DNA from: Candidatus Bathyarchaeia archaeon
GTDB lineage: Archaea > Thermoproteota > Bathyarchaeia > Bathyarchaeales > Bathycorpusculaceae
Length of the DNA stretch: 19,792 nucleotides
Assembly: GCA_050010755.1 (NCBI GenBank)
Contig: JBEKKK010000008.1
Span: forward strand, 1-19,792
Reading direction: 5' to 3'
Shown here: in pieces, positions 9,526-16,896 of the stretch
Numbering within the stretch: position 1 is the stretch's first letter
Layout: every line of letters starts with the position of its first letter
Program-made: the position numbers and the translations under genes
Notes under the pieces: generated by a model
What the model saw: only the letters and a program-made list of their open reading frames with translations
Told to the model about the DNA's origin: nothing
Database searches by the model: none

Positions 9526-10662
9526 TTGAAGAAGTCTTTGGTAATTCTCGGAGCTGGATATGGCGGTTTGCTGACAGCGGTTAAACTTGAAGAGAAAGCA
9601 AAGCGTTTGAAAGATGTAGAGATTGTTCTCGTTGACCGCAATGATTATCATCAGTACCTGCATCTCGCCTACGAGATAGTCACAGGCGTCAAGAAAGTCT
9701 CCGATCTCACAATACCATTGTCCGAGTTGTTGAAGAAGCGAAAAATCCGGTTTCTACAGGCGAGTGTATATTCAATCGACTTTGCCGACAAACTAGTAAG
9801 GACCGACAAGGGCGACTTGCCCTACTGGGAACTCGTAATCGCGCTCGGAAGCGAACCGAACTATTGCCACATCAAAGGGGCTGAAGAACACTCCTTCTGC
9901 GTCAGCTCTGTAGAAGCAGCCGCGCAAATCAGGGACAACCTCAAGAAGACCCTCGCTCAGAAAAAGAAAAACACGATCGTGGTCGGCGGCGGAGGCTTCA
10001 CCGGCGTCGAGTTGGCAGGAGAAATCGTGGACGAACACAAATGCTGCGTCACGATAATCGAAGGCTCCAAAACCCTGCTTCCAACATGGAACATCCCAGA
10101 ATTCTCCAGAAAAGTAGCCAACGTCCTGACCGAAATGGGAGCCAAACTCATCCTCGGCAAATTCATCGCCGAAGTAAAACAGGACACCGTCGTCTTGAAT
10201 GATGGCAGCCAAGTTGAATGCTCTCTCTTCATCTGGACCGGAGGAGTACAAGGCTCCCATGTGACCGGCTGCAGCGGCATGAAGACCGAGAAAGGCAACA
10301 GGGTGAAGATCAACGAGTTCTGCGAAGCCGTCGGGTTTCCGGGCGTCTACGTAGTGGGCGACTGCGCCCTCGTGGTTGATCCCAAAACCGGAGAAACTCT
10401 TCCTCAGTGCGTTGAGATTGCCCTGCAACAAGCCGAAGTGGTAGCCCAGAACTTGTACGCGGATGTAACAAAAAACGAAAGAACCGTTTACATCCCCAAG
10501 TTCAGCGGGTTAATCCTAGCCGTGGGTGAGAAGTACGGCATTGGAAAGATTTCCGGAGTAAAGGTAGAGGGGCGACTTGCCCAAACGATTAAGACAATGA
10601 TCCATCTGCGCTACGTCTACGAAATAGCCGGCCTTGGAAAAGTACTCAAAGAAGCCACATAG
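9526..10662 (+). CDS. ndh: NAD(P)/FAD-dependent oxidoreductase, type II NADH dehydrogenase-like
   Basis: GAGYGG and GGGFTGVELAGE Rossmann motifs, LVIALGS, WTGGV, VYVVGD. Confidence 0.85.
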   Translation: MKKSLVILGAGYGGLLTAVKLEEKAKRLKDVEIVLVDRNDYHQYLHLAYEIVTGVKKVSDLTIPLSELLKKRKIRFLQASVYSIDFADKLVRTDKGDLPYWELVIALGSEPNYCHIKGAEEHSFCVSSVEAAAQIRDNLKKTLAQKKKNTIVVGGGGFTGVELAGEIVDEHKCCVTIIEGSKTLLPTWNIPEFSRKVANVLTEMGAKLILGKFIAEVKQDTVVLNDGSQVECSLFIWTGGVQGSHVTGCSGMKTEKGNRVKINEFCEAVGFPGVYVVGDCALVVDPKTGETLPQCVEIALQQAEVVAQNLYADVTKNERTVYIPKFSGLILAVGEKYGIGKISGVKVEGRLAQTIKTMIHLRYVYEIAGLGKVLKEAT

Positions 10663-10736
10663 ATGAGGCACACGCCAAAATCTCAATTCCCGAATCCAAA
10701 CTGGATTTTTATGTAACTTGAGACTAATTTGCAAGT

Positions 10737-11720
10737 GTGAAAATGAAAGCCATTGTGCGCACACGGTACGGTTCACCGGATGTTCTTCAACTCAAAGAGG
10801 TGCCGAAACCAGCTCCCAAGAACGATGAGGTACTCATAAAAATATATGCGACAACAGTAAACCGAACAGACTGTGCCTTCTTGAGAGGTAACCAATTCAT
10901 TAACAGACTTGTCAGCGGCCTCCTCCGACCGAAGAGAACGATATTGGGGAATGAGTTCGCCGGAGAAATTGAAGAAGTAGGCAAAGACGTCAAATCATTC
11001 AAGAATGCTGACCGTGTTTTCGGATTCAGCGGACTCAGGTTTGGCGCCCACGCCGAGTATATGACCATGCCCGAACAAGGCATACTTACTGCTATGCCAG
11101 CGAACATGACCTATGAAGAAGCCGCCCCAAGCACCGAAGGCGGACTCTATGCACTCAACGATATTAGAAAAGCAAACGTTCAAAGCGGACAAAAAGTCCT
11201 GATCAACGGCGCAACGGGCGCCATCGGTTCAGCAGCAGTCCAGCTTGCGAAATATTACGGTGCGGAAGTTACAGCGGTGTGCAACACCCGGAATGCAAAA
11301 CTAGTAAAATCTCTCGGAGCCGACAAGATAATCGACTACACACAGGAAGATTTCACAAAAAGCGGTCAAGACTATGATTTTGTTTTTGACGCCGTTGGCA
11401 AGAGTTCATTTGGCGCCTGCAAAAAACTGCTAAAACCAGGCGGAATTTATTGCTCAACCGACCTCGGTTTCATGTCGCAGAACCTATTCCTGACACTATG
11501 GACCTCAAAATTCGGCAGCAAAAAAGTCATATTTCCAATCCCAAAAGAACGAAAAGAAACCATCCTTTTCTTCAAAGAACTAATTGAGGCGGGAAAGTTC
11601 AGACCGATAATAGACAGACGCTATCCGCTGGAACAAATTGCCGAAGCCTACAGGTATGTCGAGGCAGGCCAAAAAACAGGAAATGTAGTCATAATTGTGG
11701 GACACGATGACAGAACCTAA
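10737..11720 (+). CDS. NAD(P)-dependent MDR-family (zinc-independent, quinone-reductase-like) oxidoreductase
   Basis: MKAIV...YGSPDVL, VLINGATGAIGSAAVQLAK, IIDRRYPLEQI, KTGNVVI. Start GTG 10737 or ATG 10743. Confidence 0.9.
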   Translation: MKMKAIVRTRYGSPDVLQLKEVPKPAPKNDEVLIKIYATTVNRTDCAFLRGNQFINRLVSGLLRPKRTILGNEFAGEIEEVGKDVKSFKNADRVFGFSGLRFGAHAEYMTMPEQGILTAMPANMTYEEAAPSTEGGLYALNDIRKANVQSGQKVLINGATGAIGSAAVQLAKYYGAEVTAVCNTRNAKLVKSLGADKIIDYTQEDFTKSGQDYDFVFDAVGKSSFGACKKLLKPGGIYCSTDLGFMSQNLFLTLWTSKFGSKKVIFPIPKERKETILFFKELIEAGKFRPIIDRRYPLEQIAEAYRYVEAGQKTGNVVIIVGHDDRT

Positions 11721-11764
11721 TAAAGCAACTTGTGCGGCAACACTGATTTCGGAACACGCACAAT

Positions 11765-11918
11765 CAACATGGAAATTCACAATGGTTTGTCACAATGCAA
11801 CATTATAATTAATGTCACAAACGTAGAGGCGAGGGGCGAAACGCAACATGGAAACCTTACAAAGCAACATTACATTGCAACATTATCAGTCTTAGTGACT
11901 TGTTTAGGACACAACATT
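11765..11918 (+). repeat. Cluster of short direct repeats (CAACAT x6, TGTCACAA x2)
   Basis: CAACAT at 11765, 11798, 11844, 11865, 11878, 11912; TGTCACAA at 11788 and 11813. Confidence 0.7.
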
Positions 11919-11934
11919 TATAGATGTTTTCTGA

Positions 11935-11995
11935 ATCAATTAATCAGTTGATTAAAAAAGCCTTTCTGCATCAGTTAATCAGTGAATTAAAAAAG
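11935..11995. promoter_or_regulatory. Two 26-bp direct repeats with palindromic TTAA-N8-TTAA cores (operator-like)
   Basis: ATCAATTAATCAGTTGATTAAAAAAG (11935-11960) and ATCAGTTAATCAGTGAATTAAAAAAG (11970-11995). Confidence 0.65.
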
Positions 11996-12027
11996 GGAAA
12001 GGCTCCAAATTCTCCGTTAAACTTTTA

Positions 12028-12043
12028 CGGAAAATGTTTTATG
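12028..12043 (+). promoter_or_regulatory. Putative BRE/TATA promoter for the structured RNA
   Basis: CGGAAAATG followed by TTTTATG, about 25 bp upstream of 12067. Confidence 0.5.
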
Positions 12044-12064
12044 CTCATTACAACATATTAGCGT

Positions 12065-12148
12065 TTGGTGTCTAGGGCTCGTTCAAGCACGGGTACTCCG
12101 TCTTACATACGGGGCAACTATGCCAACGGGTGCAACCCTAGACACCAA
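12065..12148 (+). ncRNA. Cloverleaf tRNA-like structured RNA candidate
   Basis: 13-bp closing stem 12065-77/12136-48; arm CTCGT/ACGGG; arm CTCCGT/ACGGGG with 7-nt loop CTTACAT; weak third arm; ends ACCA. Confidence 0.6.
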
Positions 12149-12179
12149 TTATGTCGGTTTGTGGTGTTCTGGAAGGTCG

Positions 12180-12223
12180 GTTTACTTCTGGTTTACTTTG
12201 CGTTTACTTTCTGTTTACTATAC
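12180..12223 (+). repeat. 4 x 11-bp tandem repeat GTTTACTnnnn
   Basis: GTTTACTTCTG GTTTACTTTGC GTTTACTTTCT GTTTACTATAC. Confidence 0.9.
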
Positions 12224-12368
12224 CTACAGCGCGCGCTATTCTTAATAAGTCTTACTAATTTCTGAACAAAACTTTTTTCCATGGAAACTGTTTAGTTTTT
12301 TGTTAAGTTTTTGGTTTGGAAAAATCTTAAATCTGCACAGCTTAGAAAGTAGAATTGAGAGAAAAGGT

Positions 12369-12845
12369 TTGGTTCCAAACAATGAAGAGACCAAGATTAT
12401 TGATGAAGTAGTGGCGTATATCAAAAAGAAGTATGGCAAATATGCAACCATTAAATTTGAAGTCTTTGAACCACTAACTCCAGAGTGGAAAAGTAAATTC
12501 AAGCATCCTCTTGGCGGATATGCTTGGGGCGACAACTGGACTAATTTTCATATTAATTTAACAAGATGTAAAGACAAAAAAGCGTTCTCTGAACTTGTTT
12601 TCCATGAAATCTATGAAAATATAGTCCATGCTGGACATGAAATAGTTGTTCCAGAAGAAAGACGATATATTGAAGAAGAATTGAAAGTCAAACTTGATAA
12701 ATGGGAACCTCTCCAAGATGAAATGATTAGAACACTTTATTATGTAGATAAAAAAATGTTAGAAGATTCTTTCAAAAATTGTGGAGAACAATCGAAAACT
12801 CCACAAGAGATAAATCAACGAGCAAAAGAACTTGGGTTTTTCTAG
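12369..12845 (+). CDS. Hypothetical protein with zincin-like metallopeptidase-type motif
   Basis: ORF 12300..12845; likely TTG start 12369 after promoter GAAAAATCTTAAAT. LGGYA...FHEIYENIVHAGHE. Confidence 0.65.
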   Translation: MVPNNEETKIIDEVVAYIKKKYGKYATIKFEVFEPLTPEWKSKFKHPLGGYAWGDNWTNFHINLTRCKDKKAFSELVFHEIYENIVHAGHEIVVPEERRYIEEELKVKLDKWEPLQDEMIRTLYYVDKKMLEDSFKNCGEQSKTPQEINQRAKELGFF

Positions 12846-12944
12846 TTTTCGTCATGCGACACAAAAGGCTCTAGTCAAGCTGAAAAAAACCAATACCAAA
12901 AAGCCTATTATCTGAGGGAAAATCATAGGTTTTACTAGGTAGTC

Positions 12945-13682
12945 ATGTCCCGAACTAAAAAACTCCTTACCATCGGAATACTGATTACAATAGTAGGTGT
13001 GATAGTGTACTTTTCTCCAACGATATCGTCCTATTTTCAAAGTTCCTCTTCTAATTCTTCAAATAATCCTAGTGCTTCTTTCACAACACTGATGATTAGA
13101 GCACCGTATAGCGGGCATGAAGAAAATTTTACCACTGTTGACTTCGGTGACACGGAATATAATTTTCTTTATGGTTCGGGATGGCTTGCCGTTTATGCTC
13201 CTCTTCAAGCAGAGTATCCGATTTCATACCCAGAAGTTGGGGACACTTACAACGCCTTTGGTTTGGAGATAAAAATAGAGAATGTCAGTTCAGACTATCT
13301 CTCCGATTATGTCATATTTGGAGTCAAACCTACGGTCACTAATTATATGTATTCTACATACCGTTACACAGAAGTTAATCTCACTCTTGAACAGAGTCAA
13401 CCAATTCAGTATGGAACAGTGCCTTTAACGAACTACAGCGTAACAGTGAGTATTAGTAGTGGTATAATCAACGAAACAAATCAGTACACATTTACATACA
13501 CCAATGCTCCCTCTGGAACCTATGGTGCAACATTGGTTGTGAGTAACTCTTCTCAATCTAAACAATATGAGGCTTATGTTGGGTCATTCGTTGCGGGGGC
13601 TGAAACAGATTTCAATATTGAAATCGGAGTTTACAAAGCAGATGCAAATAATATGATAATCTATGTGAAACCTCTCTATTGA
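12945..13682 (+). CDS. Membrane-anchored extracellular protein with two similar beta-rich halves
   Basis: N-terminal TM, Ser/Asn linker, halves ending FGLEIKI...GVKP and FNIEIGV...YVKP. Confidence 0.8.
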   Translation: MSRTKKLLTIGILITIVGVIVYFSPTISSYFQSSSSNSSNNPSASFTTLMIRAPYSGHEENFTTVDFGDTEYNFLYGSGWLAVYAPLQAEYPISYPEVGDTYNAFGLEIKIENVSSDYLSDYVIFGVKPTVTNYMYSTYRYTEVNLTLEQSQPIQYGTVPLTNYSVTVSISSGIINETNQYTFTYTNAPSGTYGATLVVSNSSQSKQYEAYVGSFVAGAETDFNIEIGVYKADANNMIIYVKPLY

Positions 13683-13774
13683 CTCTCTCGGAAAACGGAA
13701 AACCAAAAAGAGGGAAGAAGGGTAAGGAAAGGCGCGCGCTACAAACTAGGGGGGTTCAAAAATGAGGGAAAAGA

Positions 13775-14221
13775 ATGTTAGCTGAGAAAATTCTAACGGA
13801 AAAGGAGCAAGAAGACCATTTAAACAATAATTGGAAGGTCAACCCAAAGGTAACCTTTACATTTCCAGAAGGGCTAAGAATACGGACAGGGCATTTGCTT
13901 GAACGCATTGTTGTTAAGGATTCAATCGAGCCATCAGTCAATTATTGGAACATTCTAGATTTTATTAAGTTTCAACATGACCCTGATAATCTTTGGCTAA
14001 GAATAACATACTATCGCTATTTGAAAGACGAGATTGTCAGAACTAAGAAAGGTAAAATCACAAACAAAAGATGGATTTTCGCTGGGCAAACATCGATTTC
14101 AGACCCGATAAGTGCATTTGAGAGATTGTTTGTGAAGGCAATAAAAGAAGACAAAAGTGGAAAATGGATACGACCTCTTTTCAAAAATATCATGAAGGAA
14201 TGCCATAAGGAATTAGAATAG
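13775..14221 (+). CDS. Hypothetical basic soluble protein
   Basis: 148-aa ORF with GAGG RBS; LRITYYR...WIFAGQTS segment; family not recognised with confidence. Confidence 0.7.
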   Translation: MLAEKILTEKEQEDHLNNNWKVNPKVTFTFPEGLRIRTGHLLERIVVKDSIEPSVNYWNILDFIKFQHDPDNLWLRITYYRYLKDEIVRTKKGKITNKRWIFAGQTSISDPISAFERLFVKAIKEDKSGKWIRPLFKNIMKECHKELE

Positions 14222-14685
14222 GCTTATAGAATAGAAAAGGCTCTTAGTCAAGTTGAAAGAGGAAAGTGACCGAGCGAATTAACAGCTTTTGTTAAGCCAC
14301 TAACCTAAGATTCCCATGATGGACCCACACCATGAAGATAGGGACCGTATTCTACTGGTTTTCGTCCATCTACAGACAAGCGGGGGAGTTTGCGGCACGG
14401 TTTAGGCTTGTTTTCCTGTTCTGAGCCTGTCGGACGAGTTCGACCTATGGTATGTAAATCATTATTTAGTTGTTTATTCCATGCTTTTGGCTGTTATCAA
14501 TCGAACAAAGAACGAAACCATGCTTTATTGGATTGTCCTACCTAGTACATAGGCGACTTTTTACGGATGGTATTTTTAGAATCAACAATTTAACTCTTTG
14601 AAAGGGCGCTTATACTCCACTTTCTACAGAGCCTTTCTACAGAAACTTGGATGCTAACACTTTTTGTTCTGGCTCTTGACCATGC

Positions 14686-15333
14686 TCAACCGTTGAATCT
14701 GGGTTTAGTGTCGAACCGTCCTCTAGGCTCAAACCGTGTCTTAGGTGCTGTCTCAGTGGCTTTCTCTGGTGTGCTCTGATGTTGATGTAAGTGGTTTAGT
14801 ATTGCTATAGCTGTTGGCTCTCTAGGACCAGAGTATTGGTCGAGAGTTGTTAATGATGTGCTTGACGGACCCGAAATTTTTCGTTTTCGTGGTTTGAGTC
14901 GTTGAGCTAGTGAGTAGAGTTTCGACTTGAATAAGTGTCGTATGAATGTTGCTCGGTTTGTTGTGTCGGCATGAACACCGACTTCGATTAGAACTATTCC
15001 GAGCTTTTTGATTTGTTGCTTTATGAAATCGGAGAAGAGAGCGAAGCTAACCACGAGAACCCAGAGCAATTTGTGAAAAGGGTCTTTCCGCTTGAAATAG
15101 TCGAGTTTGTTGAGCATTATTTTGTCGTTGAGGAAAGTTGTTTCTTTCGGATTGGTGCACTCGATTAAGGTTTTGTCTCGAATTACACCGTCAACAACAT
15201 TATGATTGTCGTTCGGGTAGATTGATGGATTAAAATTGTTGTGCTCGTACTGAGAACCCAGACCGCGCATTTCGAAAAACCGAGCTATGTACTTCTCAAA
15301 TGGAATTCCGTTAAGATACAAAGCTGTGTCCAT
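14686..15333 (-). CDS. PD-(D/E)xK superfamily nuclease, Mrr-catalytic-domain-like
   Basis: GIPFEKYIARFF helix, VDGV..., LIECT (K replaced by T), VLVVS...FS, GIVLIE; low-complexity C-terminal tail. Confidence 0.7.
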   Translation of the reverse strand: MDTALYLNGIPFEKYIARFFEMRGLGSQYEHNNFNPSIYPNDNHNVVDGVIRDKTLIECTNPKETTFLNDKIMLNKLDYFKRKDPFHKLLWVLVVSFALFSDFIKQQIKKLGIVLIEVGVHADTTNRATFIRHLFKSKLYSLAQRLKPRKRKISGPSSTSLTTLDQYSGPREPTAIAILNHLHQHQSTPEKATETAPKTRFEPRGRFDTKPRFNG

Positions 15334-15382
15334 TGTCGTTTTCTATCCATTTCCTAGCTTGTTTCACTATAATAGACCAATA

Positions 15383-15407
15383 GCACCGTTGCTTTTAAGC
15401 TTTATGC
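15383..15407 (-). promoter_or_regulatory. BRE/TATA promoter copy 1 (nuclease gene)
   Basis: Minus strand GCATAAAGCTTAAAAGCAACGGTGC, about 50 bp upstream of ATG 15333. Confidence 0.65.
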
Positions 15408-15412
15408 CAGAA

Positions 15413-15495
15413 TTAAGCTATTGATTAAAAAAGCGGCATGTATTGTTGTTCTACAGCTAAACCGACCTCAATTTGCGAATTAATCAATAGCTTAA
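15413..15495. promoter_or_regulatory. Perfect 16-bp inverted repeat, operator-like
   Basis: TTAAGCTATTGATTAA (15413-15428) and TTAATCAATAGCTTAA (15480-15495). Confidence 0.7.
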
Positions 15496-15505
15496 ACTTT
15501 TGGTC

Positions 15506-15618
15506 AAAAAAGCTCTCTTCAACGGGGATTTGGTGAATGGACAGAAGAGCGGGGCGATGTGAAGATTTGAACGAAGCTCAAAGCCTAAACAAGCTATCCC
15601 CGCTCTAAATGGACATCT
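15506..15618 (-). ncRNA. Candidate ~110-nt sRNA with complementarity to the nuclease mRNA leader
   Basis: Lies downstream of promoter copy 2; long hairpin 15546-15606 with G-U pairs only on the minus strand; T6 run at 15506-15511. Confidence 0.55.
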
Positions 15619-15628
15619 AATGCTATGT

Positions 15629-15653
15629 GCATCGTTGCTTTTAAGCTTTATGC
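15629..15653 (-). promoter_or_regulatory. BRE/TATA promoter copy 2 (24/25 identical to copy 1)
   Basis: Minus strand GCATAAAGCTTAAAAGCAACGATGC; no sizeable ORF follows. Confidence 0.65.
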
Positions 15654-15723
15654 TCTGAGAGGCTCGAATTCTGTCTTATTCTTGAAAATAGGCTCATTTT
15701 AAACACTTTTTGATATGTAGAAG

Positions 15724-15738
15724 CGAAAGCTTTAAATA
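15724..15738 (+). promoter_or_regulatory. BRE/TATA promoter of the rightward operon
   Basis: CGAAAGC followed by TTTAAATA, about 40 bp upstream of ATG 15777. Confidence 0.75.
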
Positions 15739-15776
15739 CCCAAATTGGGCTTAATTATCATAAATAGGCGATAATC

Positions 15777-16100
15777 ATGACGGAAAACGACAAAGTAACG
15801 ACATTCAGCCTCTATTCGTCCGATGCGGAGATTATCCGCAAGTTCTTCGGACGAACACACACCGACATGACTCAAGTTTTTCACGAACTAGCGGTTGAGC
15901 TACAGAAAGCAGATAACGATTTAGATTCTGGAAAACTTTTGTACTTGTGGTCTTGGGATGTCCTTCACGGCATGGTCCATCTTTACATCGGGAAAGCTCC
16001 GAGAGTATGCAACATAAGTGACCTTTGTCCTACTGCACAAAAGTTCTATCGAGCACAGAAAGAAAAAGAAGATGCAGAACTTAAAGGTGAAAAAAGTTGA
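15777..16100 (+). CDS. Probable ribbon-helix-helix (CopG-like) regulator
   Basis: N-terminal alternating strand VTTFSL, then two helices (DAEIIRKFF; DMTQVFHELAVEL); first gene of the operon. Confidence 0.55.
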   Translation: MTENDKVTTFSLYSSDAEIIRKFFGRTHTDMTQVFHELAVELQKADNDLDSGKLLYLWSWDVLHGMVHLYIGKAPRVCNISDLCPTAQKFYRAQKEKEDAELKGEKS

Positions 16101-16771
16101 GTGACGAAAATAATCCGAAATCCGAGAAGAAAGGCTTACACATAACTGTAGATGACCGTGCGCTCCAAATCATGAGTGATGCAAATTCCGAGCTAAAGCA
16201 AGAGAACAAGCAACTCAGTGAAGCTCTAACTCAGAGTGCCGAAGCTGAAAAGGTTTTTGACGATTTGAAGAATCGACTCAAATCCGACTATGCCAAATTG
16301 GGAGAAGTCGCTCCCGACATAAACACGAGCGAAGAATTCGATTTAGCTATTCAGCAACTCGGAAAACTCAAACAGTCGAAAGTCGGTGCACCGAGCGGCA
16401 CACCTAACACTCTAAACGAGCGGCAACTCGGACGCTCTCAAGACAATTCGGACCTCATGACTCGGAAATTTAATTCTCCCGAAGAAATGATTAGCTTTCT
16501 CCGTGCTCAGAAGACGAAAGAATCTGAGGCAATTCTAAACAAGATGTGGCAGAAAACTCTTGAGGCTCAGAAAAGTGGAAATATTGACCTCACTTACAGA
16601 AGGAACCCGACTGAGGAAAAAGGCGATGGAAATCCCGTAGAAAAGGTAATTAGCGGTGAAATAGACAACTCGGACGAATCGGAGCTAGAATCTTGGGGAG
16701 TTCGCAAAAAGACGCATAAATCGAAGATGTCACACACCGATAAAGAAGGTAATCCGATAGGACAATCTTAG
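16097..16771 (+). CDS. Hypothetical coiled-coil protein
   Basis: GGTGA RBS, TTG start overlapping the previous stop, charged helical sequence. Confidence 0.8.
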   Translation: MSDENNPKSEKKGLHITVDDRALQIMSDANSELKQENKQLSEALTQSAEAEKVFDDLKNRLKSDYAKLGEVAPDINTSEEFDLAIQQLGKLKQSKVGAPSGTPNTLNERQLGRSQDNSDLMTRKFNSPEEMISFLRAQKTKESEAILNKMWQKTLEAQKSGNIDLTYRRNPTEEKGDGNPVEKVISGEIDNSDESELESWGVRKKTHKSKMSHTDKEGNPIGQS

Positions 16772-16896
16772 AGAAGAAAGTTAAGAAACTAACTATCCCT
16801 GTCATCTTTCGAAGAGAAGCTCTGAATCACGAAACCCTAAAAACAATCTCAGCTTACTTCGAGTCGAGCGTCACTTTTGAAGTCTCGAAAGACGAA

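Noticed and set aside
12065-12148. Canonical tRNA-Val gene, or an HDV/hammerhead ribozyme
   Set aside because: It lacks U8, the D-loop GG and the TTCRA loop; ribozyme core motifs and topology are absent.
11760-12230. CRISPR array
   Set aside because: Repeats are 6-26 bp, with no regular unique spacers and no cas genes.
168-13739. Classical integron attC sites
   Set aside because: No RYYYAAC...GTTRRRY long imperfect palindromes were seen, gene orientation is mixed, and there is no IntI in the window.
14620-14643. CTTTCTACAGA direct repeat x2
   Set aside because: Only two copies and no supporting context; cannot be distinguished from a local duplication.
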